A stretch of 64,000 bases of DNA from the human T2T-CHM13v2.0 reference genome, Homo sapiens. The notes beneath the pieces are model-generated. The model was not told where the DNA came from and did not search any database. It worked only from the letters and a program-made list of their open reading frames with translations. A program made the position numbers and the translations under genes. The stretch lies in NCBI RefSeq assembly GCF_009914755.1, contig NC_060929.1. The stretch is one strand, 5' to 3'. Shown in pieces: positions 42,301-55,125 of the stretch (position 1 is its first letter; every line of letters starts with the position of its first letter).

Positions 42301-42939
42301 CAAAATATTAACTGGGGAGCTGCTCATTTATAATAGTGCCAAACTTCTGACAGACAGAAATTATAAAAGAGGCCCCAGAAAAGCATCAGAAAAAAAGGGA
42401 AACTTTTAAACAGAAATGGTAATTTGAAATACTGACCCTAGGTTTAAAATTTAGAAAAGGCCTGTTTTCTGGAGCAGTCATCTGGATGGTCCAACAGCTC
42501 CCTCTACTCCTCCAAGAGGGAAACATGAAACACAGCAGGGCTGTGTGGAAGTGTGAGCAGCCCAGGCTTGGGGAAAGCCACGTGTTTCCTTGTTCCAGCC
42601 AGGAGCTCCAAAATGGCCTCGTAAGTACAGCCTAGGCAGAAGCTGATGAAACCCCCCCATAAACGCTACCCAGGTAAAACCTGCCACAAGTTTCTCTTCA
42701 TTAGCTGCCTTGATGACTGGCCAGAGGTAACAATTAAAGGGAGTTATTTTATGGCATTATTAGTGCAAAGAGTATTCAAAGGTGGCTCCATTTGTCATGC
42801 CTTATTAGCAAAAGCATGGGAAAATATTAAAATAGCAATAAACTCAACCTCCCAATAAAAGTTCTGCCAAATCGATTTGACTTTCCCATGCTTCCCTTTA
42901 TACCAGCTCCTTCCAGTTTGAAAGAAATGAGACTGCAGG

Positions 42940-42941
<2 letters not shown>

Positions 42942-42978
<37 letters not shown>

Positions 42979-43065
42979 TATATATATAACATTTGTGCAT
43001 ATGTGCATATATTTATAATGTTTGTGTATATGTGTGTATATATATCACTTGTATATGTATATATC
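42942..43065. repeat. (TA)n microsatellite and AT-rich low-complexity tract
   Basis: Pure TA run followed by degenerate TA/TG. Confidence 0.92.
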
Positions 43066-43497
43066 AAACATTTATGATAAATTTATTTACCCTACTCAAA
43101 ACTTTCCATGTTTTATTTGTCCCAAAGACTGCTTATGGCAATTAATGACATTCTATCTAATTCATATATTTAACATTTTCAAAACATGTTTCCTCTGGGA
43201 AAATGATTAAATATGCAATTATTACTAGTTAAACCACACTTATCACTTGAAATCCTTTTCCCAGGATACCTCTTGCTTGCTGTGGGTTAGCTTCCACTTT
43301 GAGTTCTTTTCCTGGCAAGTGTGCTATTCGTTCATTCACCCATCCATTCACTCATTAAACATCACCAAGGACCTTCTGTGGTCTGAGTGGGCCCTGGGAC
43401 ATGCCTGGGAGCTCTGGGAAAGAGAAACACCTCGACTGCTCAGTGTTACGCAGTGAGGAAAGCAGGCAGAGGCGACCAGAGTTAGAGCTGCATGTCA

Positions 43498-43893
<396 letters not shown>

Positions 43894-43898
43894 TTAAC

Positions 43899-43901
<3 letters not shown>

Positions 43902-43954
<53 letters not shown>

Positions 43955-43957
43955 TGT
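43902..43957. repeat. (TG)n microsatellite
   Basis: About 25 pure TG units. Confidence 0.97.
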
Positions 43958-44654
43958 TTGGTAGTCTAATGTCTTCATGTGCATATTTAGGGAGTATTGA
44001 CTTTTGCATACAAGATACACAACTATTACTCTAAGTTAAAAAAATGCTGTCTCCCAAAGTATAATTCTTTATCATTTCCTCCTCACTGTACACACATACA
44101 CATGCACACTCCATGTAATACAATCATTTATCAAATTAAAACAAAACCAAATTACTTAGGCTTTGTGCAGTACTAACAAAGAAATAGCCTTGTAAAAAAT
44201 ATGAGTTTATTAGCACCCCATCCTCCCAATGTACATTGATAGGAAATATAATTAAATCAGCATTTTTTACTACTCACTCAGCATAAATAGCCGCCAGCTC
44301 TGCAAGACTGATAAAATGCATTGTTTGTGTTCAGGAAGACAATAGTCTTTGAGGCTGAAATCTTTTTTTTTCTTCCAATTTACAAAGAATCTCTGTGCCA
44401 AAACCTTGGCAAATGGAGGAAAAATAGTGTCTAGCTTCACCCCTGCCATGCCACCCAGAGATTCTCCTCCTGGCAATTGTCAGTGCCCTGTGTTCCTGTC
44501 AATGAACCAAGAGCTGACAGGTGGTGGCTCTGCTAAGTCACTAATCATTGGACATCTAACATTTCAGACATCATAAATCCCACCAACCGAGAGGCAAAAG
44601 ACCACATATTCTATTGCCTGGTCCCTAAGCCTTCCAGTCCATTTGAACAGGTAC

Positions 44655-45025
44655 TGTGTTGGCTTGAAAAGCTATAAGAAAATCCCACAGACTGGGTGAC
44701 TTAGACAACTGAAATTATTTCTCAGTTCTGGAGGCTGGAAGTCCATGCCAGCAGATCTAGTGTCTGGTGAGAAGGCCTTCTCCCTGGTTTGGAGATGGCC
44801 AACATTTCACTGAATCCTCACGTGACCTTTCCTCAGTTCATGCTTTAAGAGAGACAGAGAGAGATCTCTTCTTATAAGTGCACTAATCCCATCATGAGGG
44901 CCCCACCCTCATGACCTCATCTATATCCACTCACCTCCCAGAGGCCCCACCTCCAAATACCACCACTAGGGGCTAGGGCTTCAACATAGGAATTTTAGAG
45001 GGAAACAAACCTTCAGCCAGTAACA
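44655..45025 (-). mobile_element. MLT1A/MLT1A0 solo LTR
   Basis: CACAGACTGGGTGACTTA...TTCTGGAGGCTGGAAGTCC...GAGGGCCCCACCCTCATGACCTCATCTA. Perfect TSD GGTAC/GGTAC. Confidence 0.9.
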
Positions 45026-46098
45026 GGTACTGTAATCCTTTTATATTAATATGACTTCTGAAGTTCACTTTTTTTTTTTTTAGAATCGCAGACTGTGTCA
45101 AAATGGTGCAGAGTAGTTTTAAAAGACTCCTACATAAAATAAAATAAATAAAAAATAAGACAGACCCAGCTTAAAAAGGTACCATGATTCCCAAATGTCC
45201 TCAGGACAGCTGGAAATTCCTTGGGGATAGAAGGTGCCCTCACACTCCAGCCCCCCACGCCACAATGAGAGCAGAGGCTTGCCCAGGGCCTTGCCAGCGC
45301 GGTGCTTGCTGTGGCCTCAGCTATCCTCACTCACTCATAGTTCATAGTTCTAATACTTTGGGCGGGAGCAGCCACAGCATCACTTTGGCACAGCCTTTTC
45401 CCGACCCCCGTGGTGACGTTTTGCAGGATCTCTCCCCAAGCTCTCCCTGGCATTTCCACACACCCCGCCCTGAATAATTTTCTTCGAACCTCATCGCTAC
45501 ACAAGATGATTTGGAGGTCTGCCTTGAAATCCCAATGTTTTTTCTATAGACTGAAATAAGTTTCTTAATTCTGCTTGACTTGAGTTTCTTCTTATGTCGT
45601 ACATGAGCTCATGCTGTTAAGAAACGTAATCGTGGCGGCGCTGGGACTGAGGACAGAAGCAACTGCGTCATGTGCAGTCCCGCACAGCAGAGGCGTTCCC
45701 CGCGCCAGCATCCTGCACAAGAGCCAGCAAAGAGAGGCGCGCGTGGAATTAAAATCCGGGGTAGCCCCCGGCTTCTCACTGAGCACCCACCACCAACAAT
45801 GCTCAGCAGTGGAACGTGGACCAACTAAGAGGCAACCCTTCCTGCTGCCGCTTCCGCAGTCAGAAGGTGAAGACAGAGAGCAAACCTCCAGGAGAGGGCT
45901 CTGCTCCACTTTCTCCGGGACATGGACGGGGCAGGTGACTGTTTCACGCTGTCATGGGACACATCAACTTCCATCCCTGCTTTACCATATTAAATGCTCT
46001 ACAGTGGAGCTTACTTGAAGAAACTGAAAATTTGAGCAGGTGGGCTCTTTGCATACGTAGGAGAATCTTACCCACACTTGAAGGGTGCAGGTTGTCAG

Positions 46099-46535
46099 TG
46101 TTGATAAAACGAAAACTTCAGCCAAATCAAATGTAAAGGAGTTTAATTGAGCAATGAACGATTCGCGAATCGGGCAGCCCCCAGAATCACAGCAGATTCC
46201 AACAGCAACCCCAAGGGTGCCTCGTGGTCAGAATACATTTATAGGCAAAAAAGGTAAAGTGATGTACAGGAATCGCAAGTGAGGTACAGAAACAGTGAGA
46301 TTGGTCACAGCTCGGTGTTTGCCTTATTTGAAGGCAGTTTGAATATTCAGCAGTCCATGAGTGGTTGAAGTATGGCTGCTGGGATTGGCCAACACTCAGC
46401 CATTGTTACAGGCGCATACTATTAAGTTAGGTTTTCAATTTTGTCTGACTATTAAGCTAGGTGGCAGTTCATCCACAAGGACTGATATAGAGAAGTATGC
46501 AGCCCTTCTCAGGCCCTATGTAGTTTGCTTTAACA
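46099..46535 (-). mobile_element. MER57A-like ERV1 solo LTR
   Basis: The minus strand begins TGTTAAAGCAAACTACATAGGGCCTGAGAAGG. It contains GAGTTTAATTGAGCAATGAACGATTCGCGAATCGGGCAGCC and GTGAGGTACAGAAACAG. Confidence 0.88.
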
Positions 46536-47158
46536 GTGTCAATGGTAAGTGTGGGCAGCTGAACCACAGGCTTCTGTGCTCCAGAGCCTCTCCACTTAGC
46601 AGGTGAAAGCTGTTCTACCCTTTGTGACCACAATTTCTGAGCCTCCAACTCACAACCCAGACTCCAAACCCATCAGGACACACTTTCAGGTGAGCTTCTG
46701 AAAAATAAAAGTTCATAGATTTTAAAATAAAATGTGATCCTGGCTGACTGGGTGTCAATCTGCAAATTGACAAACATATTAAATAAAAGGTCCCCATAAC
46801 ACATAAAGTATTTATTAGGAAATCCTTAATTCTCACAACTTCCTGTTCTTCCTCCAATTCTGTTCTAATCCCACTGGGTGCCTGTCTGCAGACACTTGAA
46901 GCACGGCTCTTCAGGGCATGGGGTCGGCCTTTGGTGGCTAGAAACCAGTTCTGGGAAGCAGAGCCATGCTGAGGAGCAGGGACCTGTTTCTTGTCTGGTC
47001 AAATTACCCCAGTGAAACAAAGCCAAGTGGGATAAGCCCCTAGTTTTTCTTTTCTCTTACCTTTCAGACTTCTGAGAAACTCTAACCCATCATCACAGGA
47101 CCCATCCCCAACACGTCAATGAAATAAATTCCTTACACGGAGACTAAAGAGATATTCT

Positions 47159-47586
47159 CTTTCTTTCTTTCTCTCTCTCTCTTTCTTTTCTTTCTTCTTT
47201 TTCTCTTTCTCTTTCTTTTCTTATCTTTTCCTTCCTCCCTCCCTCCCTCTTTCTTTCTTTCTCTTTCTTTCTCCTTCCTTTCTTTCTCTTTCTTTCTTCC
47301 TTTTTTTTTTTTTGGCAGGATCTAATTCTGTTGCCCAGGTTGGAGTGCAGTGGCATAATCAGGGCTCACTGCAGCCTCAATCTCACGGGCTCAAGTGATT
47401 CTCCCACCTCAGCACCCTGAGTAGCTGGGACTATAGGCATGTGCCACCAAACCCAGCTAATTTTTTGGAGAGACGGGGTTTCACCATGTTGCCCAGACTC
47501 GTCTCAAACTCCTAGAGTGAAGCGATCTACCCACCTTGGCCTCCCAAAGTGCTGGGATCACAGGCCTGAGCCACCTCATGCAGCTA
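47159..47586 (-). mobile_element. AluJ with a tail expanded into a CT-rich tract of about 155 bp
   Basis: Antisense AluJ body at 47313-47586. TSD AGACTA(A/T)AGAGAT(A/T)TTCT at 47141-47158 and 47587-47604 encloses the pyrimidine tract. Confidence 0.92.
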
Positions 47587-47989
47587 AGACTATAGAGATT
47601 TTCTGTCAAGATAAAACTTCCTCCACTGTGATACAGAGGGATGATGGGGCGAATGGGGGATGGAAGGTGAGCCAGGAGCAGTAAAGATGAGATTGACTCT
47701 GTGGGCATTTTCCTCTGGTAAACAGCGTGGGACACACAGCTGGCCAGTGGACCAAGACTGGCACTGCAGCTCCTGAAGGCCAGCAATTCTCACCCACACA
47801 GTGAGCATGGGCAGAACAGCAGAGAAAGCAAGTGAGCCAGGTCTGCCCCACAGACTGCATGCTCTCCTTTCTCCGTCTCTCTGTCTGTCTCTGTCTCTCT
47901 CTGTCTCTCTCCAAGAAAAAAAAAAAAGATGGAGAAATGTATTTACAAATCAAAATAGATGGTGCCTATACAAAGCACAGACTTATATA

Positions 47990-48255
47990 TAGTTACAAAA
48001 ATACATACTGTATGATTCAACTTACATGAAATCAAAGGATAGACAAAACGAATCTGTGCTAGTAAAAGTCAGAAGAGTGATACTGAAGAGAGATTGATGG
48101 GAAAAGGGTGCCAGGGGGCTTTCTGGATGAAGGAACTGTCATATGTCTTATTTTGGGTGGTGATTACTTAAATGCATGCAATTGTCAATACTCATTGTCC
48201 GGAACACCCGAGATCTGTGCATCTTACTGTATGTAAATTACACCTCAACAACAAT
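47990..48255 (+). mobile_element. L1ME-like 3' UTR remnant
   Basis: ATACATACTGTATGATTC...AAGTCAGAAGAGTG...GGGTGGTGATTAC...ACTGTATGTAAATTACACCTCAA. Confidence 0.8.
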
Positions 48256-49299
48256 AGTAAACTTCTACGCTTTCTTTATCTGCTATATTACTAGACTAGC
48301 ACTCAATAATGTTGATTTTTTTAAAAAACAAAATAACCTCAGCTCTGAAATCTGATCTCAGAGGGCAGCAGCTGGGCTTTCATTTGCAGGTTTTTTGAGT
48401 GTTCTCTGCGCCCCGTGACACTGTGGAGTTATGTGTAAATAAATAATGGTGGAAGCAGCACATTGGAACACTCACTTAACCTGTGAATCGCAAGGTTATT
48501 TTTGTAGCTGTGTCCTGTCTTCCAGCGTGGAGGGTGATTTATGGTTTTCAGCCGAGCTTCATCATCATTGTTCTCACCTTTGTTTCCATCATAGTTAATT
48601 AAAGGGAAGGTCATTGTCACCTTATGTTTTAAACCTTCTTAACATAATATATCACCCTTGGTACACTTTAATAAGGGGATTTGTGAAGGAATGGTGTAAT
48701 AGGAAAAAAGTTTACGGCATAATCCATCCTGTTCACAATTACACTTTGGCTATTGCACATAATGAAAGTTAATAAGTAGACAAAATGAAGGGTCTGTCTG
48801 GGGATTCATTCAAGTGTTGATTAATTGGCTGGGTGATGTAATGGAACAAGAAGGTACCTCGCTTTTCTAAACTGCAGGCAAATGTGGCCGAAATAAACTC
48901 TATTTAAAGGACAATATCTCCTTCATTCTTTCATTGCAGATTGTCACCCCCAAACAATATGAAATTAATTAAACAACTGTTTATTGAATGCCTTCCACGT
49001 GCCAGGCACAATAAGAAACCTCGGCCAGAAAGGGTGAAGTAAGATCCTGCTCCCATCCCCAAGGGGAACTGGGCTCATGTTGGTGAGATTCAAGGAAGGA
49101 CAAATTATTTATTCTACATGGTTCCTCCTGAGGATACAAGAATTAGTTAAGATTCATAAGAATGACTGAAATAATATTATGTAGGCCAGGCACATCTGCC
49201 AGGAAAATGTTAAATCCTTTCTCCAAAGCCATTTATTTTATTTAACAAACACTTTAAAACTGAATAACAAAAGACATAAATTGATTTAAGCATTTTCCA

Positions 49300-49500
49300 A
49301 ATAGTGAGTCATTTGATACCCACAACATCCCTAGTAAGGAAGATACTAATATTATTCCTGTGTTGTACATGAAGAAACCGAGGCAGAGAGGGATCAGGTA
49401 ATTGACCCAAGGTTGTGTAGCTACCAGATGATACAGCAGGGAGCCGAACCCACGCAGGCACTTTCCAGAATCTGGTGCATATTCATGAGGCTACGCTACC
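49300..49500 (-). mobile_element. MIR remnant
   Basis: ATGAAGAAACCGAGGCAGAGAGG...TGACCCAAGGTTG. An L2 fragment lies just upstream (about 48960-49140). Confidence 0.75.
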
Positions 49501-49967
49501 TTCAGACTAACGTGTAAGTTTCAGAAAATAATGTATTTTGCAAAATGTTATGTTTATGGGGATTATGTTACATGAAGATCTTTTCTGTAAAATTTTCTGT
49601 ATCTCCAGCAGCCATCGGTCCTATTAAATAACATAACTCACCTAAAGCAGAGAATCCATGGACCCAGTAGAAGTAAATTGCTGACCCAGTTAAAATCTAT
49701 GGAGAATGTGTCCTACGGCATATCCACGAATATACCTTCAAAAGGAAAGAGGTTATGTCCAAGCGAAGATGAGGAATATCTGAGGTGAAACTTCAAACAT
49801 CTAGAGAAACATTACAGTGCTGGCTCAGCAATGGCGAGATTGCTGTTGGAGCTGTCAGCAAGTCCACTTTTGATCCACATCTCTCCAGGATGAAGGTGGA
49901 TATAAGTTTTCATAATGCAAAAGACAGGTGTGAACTAAAACAGATCACAGATGGTCGAATAGGAATT

Positions 49968-50512
49968 TGTTACAGAAGGGTCCCCTGCAGTCCCTGTTCC
50001 AGAGTTCACACCCTTCTGTAATCCCTTGCCCTTGAAAGCCTGTGGGACCTGAGGACTCACTTCATGGAAGCAGAGTGCAGCGGAGGTGCTGGGGTGTTCA
50101 TGGGCTCCCGAGATGCAGCTTCTCTGTCAGGCATTTTCTTGTACTTGTTTATTCTGATGCAGGCAGGTGTAAGGTTGTGAGCTACCCTGTGAAGAGGCCC
50201 ATGAGAGACGAAACCAAGGTCAGGTTCTGGCCAAAGCCAGCAAGGGATGGATGCTGCAACATGCTTGCTGCAACAACTGCAGGAGTGAGTTTGGAAGCAG
50301 AACTTCACCCTTCACAGGTGAGTTCCCAGAGGAGACCACAGCGCAGTGTGACACCCTCCCTGCAGCCTCATGAGGGATCTTAGGCCAGAAGGACCCAAGG
50401 AAGCTGCACCCACCTTTCCACCCACAGAAACAGTAAGATAATATGGTTTTGGTTGTAACACATTAAATAAATTTTGGGGATAATTTGTTATGCAGCTGTA
50501 GATAATGAAACA
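49968..50512 (+). mobile_element. MLT1F-like solo LTR
   Basis: GAGTGAGTTTGGAAGCAGA...TGCAGCCTCATGAG...CCCACAGAAACAGTAAGATAAT...GGGATAATTTGTTATGCAGC. Confidence 0.8.
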
Positions 50513-51144
50513 CCTTTACTCCACACATTTATTTTCTACCAAATACCAATAAACTGAGCAAGACATTAAAGAAAAATAGGTGAGCTAGCCTGTGCCTTCC
50601 AGGAGTTCAGAATCTTGTGGAGGACTGTTGAATCCATGATCACAAAATTGTCCTGGTAAAAGCCTGCATCGTATCACGTCAACAACATGGAGCCCGGGGG
50701 CCCCTGAGAACTTGTGGGTGAGGACTTGACACAGGAAGTCCTGACTGATGGAACACAGGTGTGTAGCATTGGCCAGTATCTTTACGCTTCATTTAGGGTC
50801 AACAAAACAGAGAGGATTAGCTGCAATGGGAACAGATGACTTTCTTAATCTTGTAGGTGGACATAAGCCTGGTAAATCTGGGTGGGTTCCTGTAGATTGG
50901 AAAACTTTAGCATGCCTGCCCTTTTGTTCAGCTCCCATTCCTTTACTCAGTATTTGGGCTGCAGTAATGCAGTGAAAGAATGGCACAGGAGGGACAACCT
51001 AAAGAATGCCAGGGCTGCTCTTCCTCCAATAAATGCTTATTTAGCACCTCTCTGTACCAGAGGTGGTGCTGGTGCTGGGATGCATAAGAGAAAAAGCCTT
51101 GCCCTTGCAGAAAAGGTTATGCGAGAGAAAGAGAAGGGCAAAGC

Positions 51145-51312
51145 CAAATGTATTGAATACTGAACACCTGCTTTGTGCCAGGCAGTCAATACTTCACATG
51201 TACAATCTAGTTTATTCAGTTAGAATTGAGGCAGCCAAGGTTTGGGAAGGTTGAGAAAATTACTCAAAGTTGCATAAGTTAGTTTTGGAATCAAGATCCG
51301 AACTCAGTTCTA
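51145..51312 (-). mobile_element. MIR remnant
   Basis: TACTGAACACCTGCTTTGTGCCAGGC...GAAGGTTGAGAAAATTACTCAAAGT. Confidence 0.6.
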
Positions 51313-52389
51313 ATTAATCAATTGACTCTGAAGCCCCATGAGAGATGATAGCTGGAAGTCGAGCAACATATTTCCTTGAAGGTAGGGCATCCCCTGAGCA
51401 CCTGCCCCTGCTGAGCCTCGTCCGTGTTTGCAGCAGGTGCTGGGACTGGAAAGGTCTCCTTCCATCCTTCTAAGTCCCTGCACCATCTGCCATGCAGAAG
51501 ATAATCGGGCAAAGAAAAACAAAAAGACAGCTGAGGAAGAAAATGGGAAAAAAAAAAGAGAGTTGGGTGGTGAGAGTTTCAGAGCACAAGGTGGCCTTTC
51601 GGTGTGCTTTACACCTCTCAAAGGCAGAGAATGAAATGACAGCCACACATAGGGAATCCACTGGGCCAATTTTTCTCCTTTCCCTGCCTCCTCTCAGCCA
51701 GTGGCTCTCACCTACTCAATGAGTGTCTCATCTCAGGAGAGGTGGGGACATTGTCTGCCAGTATCTGTTCAAGGTGATACTTCCTCTACTTAGATCTGGC
51801 ACCTTCGTTACATGCAAGCAGAGCAAAACCCAAACCCTTGCCTTGGTGCTGAAGATGCAGCTGCCTTCCTCCCTCAACACTGGGCCATATGGAAAACCCT
51901 GAGACTATTTTAAAGGTTAGTGAAGTTATGATAAAGGAAAAACATCTAAATTCAAAATACATCTTCCGCACACTGATGACTTTTAGTCATCTGTTGCCTG
52001 TATTTGTGTTCTAAAGGATGCTAAAAGGTCTTCAAAGGTGTTACAAGCTCACTCAGAGCTCTTTCATGATAATTTCTCTTCCAACATGAACCTCTGTGTT
52101 TGCCAAAATACCAGTTATTCATTCATAATTTGCACCTCCAACAGACCCTCTTTATATCAATTCTAAAAAGGAATAGGATGCTGGGTATATATCTATTTGT
52201 TTCTTGGGGAAATATTTTTACTTTCCAATAGTAGGAAAGAGGAATACTTTAATAGATATTTTAAAACACGAGTCCGGTGGGATTCTTGTTCTCTTATTGA
52301 TGTGGAATGCAGAACAAATACTCATGACAAGGGCATTGCAGCTTTATCCATCCGAGGACACAAACTAGCCTCACTGGCTCCTGTATGAC

Positions 52390-52629
52390 CTTCTTCCTTG
52401 CTGGCCTGTGGGAGGGGAGTTAGACGGATGGCCTATAGGGCCCTGGGAACCTCTTCCTTGCTGACCTGTGGGAGGGGAGTTAGATGGATGGCCCATAGGG
52501 GATCCTGGGAACCTCTTCCTTGCTGGCCTGTGGGAGGGGAGTTGGACGGATGGCCCATAGGGCCCTGGGAATCTCTTCCTTGCTGGCTTGTGAGAGGGGA
52601 TTTGGACAGATGGCCCACAGGGCCCTGGG
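52390..52629. repeat. Minisatellite, 60 bp x 4
   Basis: Unit CTCTTCCTTGCTGGCCTGTGGGAGGGGAGTTAGACGGATGGCCCATAGGGCCCTGGGAAC. One copy is 62 bp. Confidence 0.96.
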
Positions 52630-52654
52630 GGTGGTACTACCTCTCCATAGTTTA

Positions 52655-52850
52655 TTATTAAAAGTATCCTCCACTACTCACCAGCTCTGGGGCCTTGAGT
52701 AAGTGACAATCACTTTAAGCCTCAGTTTCATTATCTGTGAATGTATCAAATACCCACCCTATAAGTTGAGGACTTAAAAAATAAGATAACTTTTAAGAAA
52801 CACATACCAAGCAACTGTCACAGAATAGATGCTCTGTTTATAATGATGAT
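52655..52850 (+). mobile_element. MIR remnant
   Basis: CCTTGAGTAAGTGAC...AAGCCTCAGTTTCATTATCTGTGAA. Confidence 0.72.
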
Positions 52851-53199
52851 TATTAGTTATGCTTCTTAAATTCAATGATTATTTACATTCATGACACATT
52901 ACAATGGTGATTCCTGAATCTCTATAACAAAGTGAAAATGTTACACTGGTGGAATTGGCAAATAAAAATGTATAATCTGGCTGTGAAATCCTTTGAATGA
53001 TATGCTTGTGAGATCAAAATGGCACACTTCAACTCCCTTCATCCATTGGAGGGTTAATCAAAGACTTCCCAAGGCCTGCAAGAGGAGAGGCCAGGTGTGT
53101 TCATCTCACTGCTCTGCCTCTGGGCACTGTGACTGGCACAAGTAGGTGCTCAAAAGGACTGGATTCTATAATGCCTTTAAAAATATTAGAGAAACCATC

Positions 53200-53570
53200 T
53201 GATATCATTTGGCTCTGTGTTCCACCCAAATCTCATGTTGAATTGTATAATAATTCCCATTGTTGGAAGAGGGGCCTGGTAGGGGGTGATTGAATCCTGG
53301 GGCAGGCTTCCCCCTTGTTGTTCTCATGATAGAGTTCTCATGAGATCTGGTTGTTTGAAAATGTGTAGCACCTTCCCCTTCTCTCTCTCTCTCTTCCTCT
53401 TGCTCTGGCCAGTGAAAATGTGCCTTACTTCCCGCTTACTTTTTGCCATGATTTTAAGTTTCCTGAGGCCTCTGCAGCCATGCAGAACTGTGAGTCAATT
53501 AAAACTCTTTTCTTTGTAAATTATCTATCTCAGGCATGTCTTTATAGCAGTGTGAGAATGGACCAATACA
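53200..53570 (+). mobile_element. THE1D/MSTA-like solo LTR
   Basis: TGATATCATTTGGCTCTGTGTTCCACCCAAATCTCATGTTG...GAGATCTGGTTGTTTGAAA...GGACCAATACA. TSD CCATC/CCATT. Confidence 0.92.
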
Positions 53571-55125
53571 CCATTCCTTCTAGTTGTTTTGAGAATGCTC
53601 CAAGGCTGTGGAATTCCCCTGAATTCCCACCTGGAGGAATGTCTACTTCGTCTTTGAAGGTTTCATCCTTTTTTCTTTCTTGGCTTATATTGAGGAATGG
53701 AGGAATTATCTTAGACTAATTGAGTTTCAATTTGACTCTTTTTTATGGCGGAATCTCACAAGCAATTTTTCTTGTTCAGTAAGTACAGCGCAGAGATTAG
53801 TATGACTTATTGTGATCCTAGTCCTTGAGAAATGTGGGAGTTTAAGAACATGAACATGCATGCATATATAACAACTGGAATTTATATATATTTTTTAGCA
53901 AGTCAGGGAGAAATGCTGAGTCAGAGCCCCAGGAAGTTGAAAGCAGGGTTGAAGGTGATGAAGATGAGTCCGCATTAATGAGGAAATCACTATGCTACTC
54001 AGGCTGATTTAGTGAGTTCTTTGTCCACCGTTTCCTTTAGTTTTATGAGCATATGTAAGGTGAGTGAATTAACAACTTTTCTAGTTAAGCCCAGTGCCTG
54101 GGATTCCTAATACACAGTTCCTATTAATTTTGTTTTTCTGTAATCGGGCTATGCTGTCTTGTTTCTTTGCATGCCTCACAGTCTTTTTATTAAAAGTTGG
54201 AATTGTAAATATTGTAACATGACAATTCTGTAAATCAGATTCTTCCCTTCCCTGAGGTTTGCGGCCTGTGATGGCCTATTGTTGTCTTCCTTTCTACTGG
54301 CCTCTCTAAACTAGAGCTCCAGTTTTCATGTATGTAAAATGAAGACACCAGTCTAGTTAAATTTTGTCCTATCCTAAACTTCAGTGATCTGCCTTAGAAG
54401 TGATCATCAGTTCTTTCTTTCCTGACTCTGAGCAAGAATTAAACGGTATCTCACTCGTGTCTTCCTTATCACTCCTGGGGGAGCGTTTCCCCTGCCCTTT
54501 AAGTCTCACAGCAAGAGGAATAGAATGTGCTCTGAAACCCAGAGATCTCACCTCTGCTAAGTCAGACTCGGTGACACAGACATGCAAGCCAGCAGATAAA
54601 TTATTTTGTGTTGGACAAAGAGCAATAAACCAAACAGCAATGTTTCATTAAATACATTTCCAACTCTTTATAATTGACTGTCCGTCTTTCTCCCTTATTT
54701 CCCTTCTCTAGCTAGCTCCACGTTCCCTTGGCTCACAAGACAGATCCACTTTGTCTTAATCTGCCTTTCAGAAATGCCCTCCAAACTCAACTCTATGGGC
54801 ACTAAAGGAAGTCTGTAAAACATAGAGCTTGCTAAAGTTTTGCAAAGTGCTTCCTCATTTGTCCATGTCATAAGCAAGCTGGGATTTGGTAAACAACTTT
54901 TAAGATCCAAGTAAAGGGGCCAGGTACATCTCTCCCTGTCCCCAAGTGATAAAAAAAAAAAATGCATGAAACAATGGCTACTATAAAATTCCTCAAGATG
55001 AACGTGTTGTTTTTTAAATACATCTTCTTGAGCCCCCTTGCCCTTGCTGTCTTATAAAGGTAAAGAATTCTCCCAAAGGAAGCTTCTCAAAGTGCCCCAG
55101 ACTGCTTAAAAGCCATGTTCATATC

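Noticed and set aside
45680-45745. CTCF-like motifs (CAGCAGAGGCG, AGAGAGGCGC)
   Set aside because: They do not align to the CCASYAGRKGGC core without gaps or several mismatches.
52390-52629. CRISPR-like array (also considered for 14692-14867)
   Set aside because: The units are head-to-tail with no unique spacers, there are no cas genes, and the context is primate.
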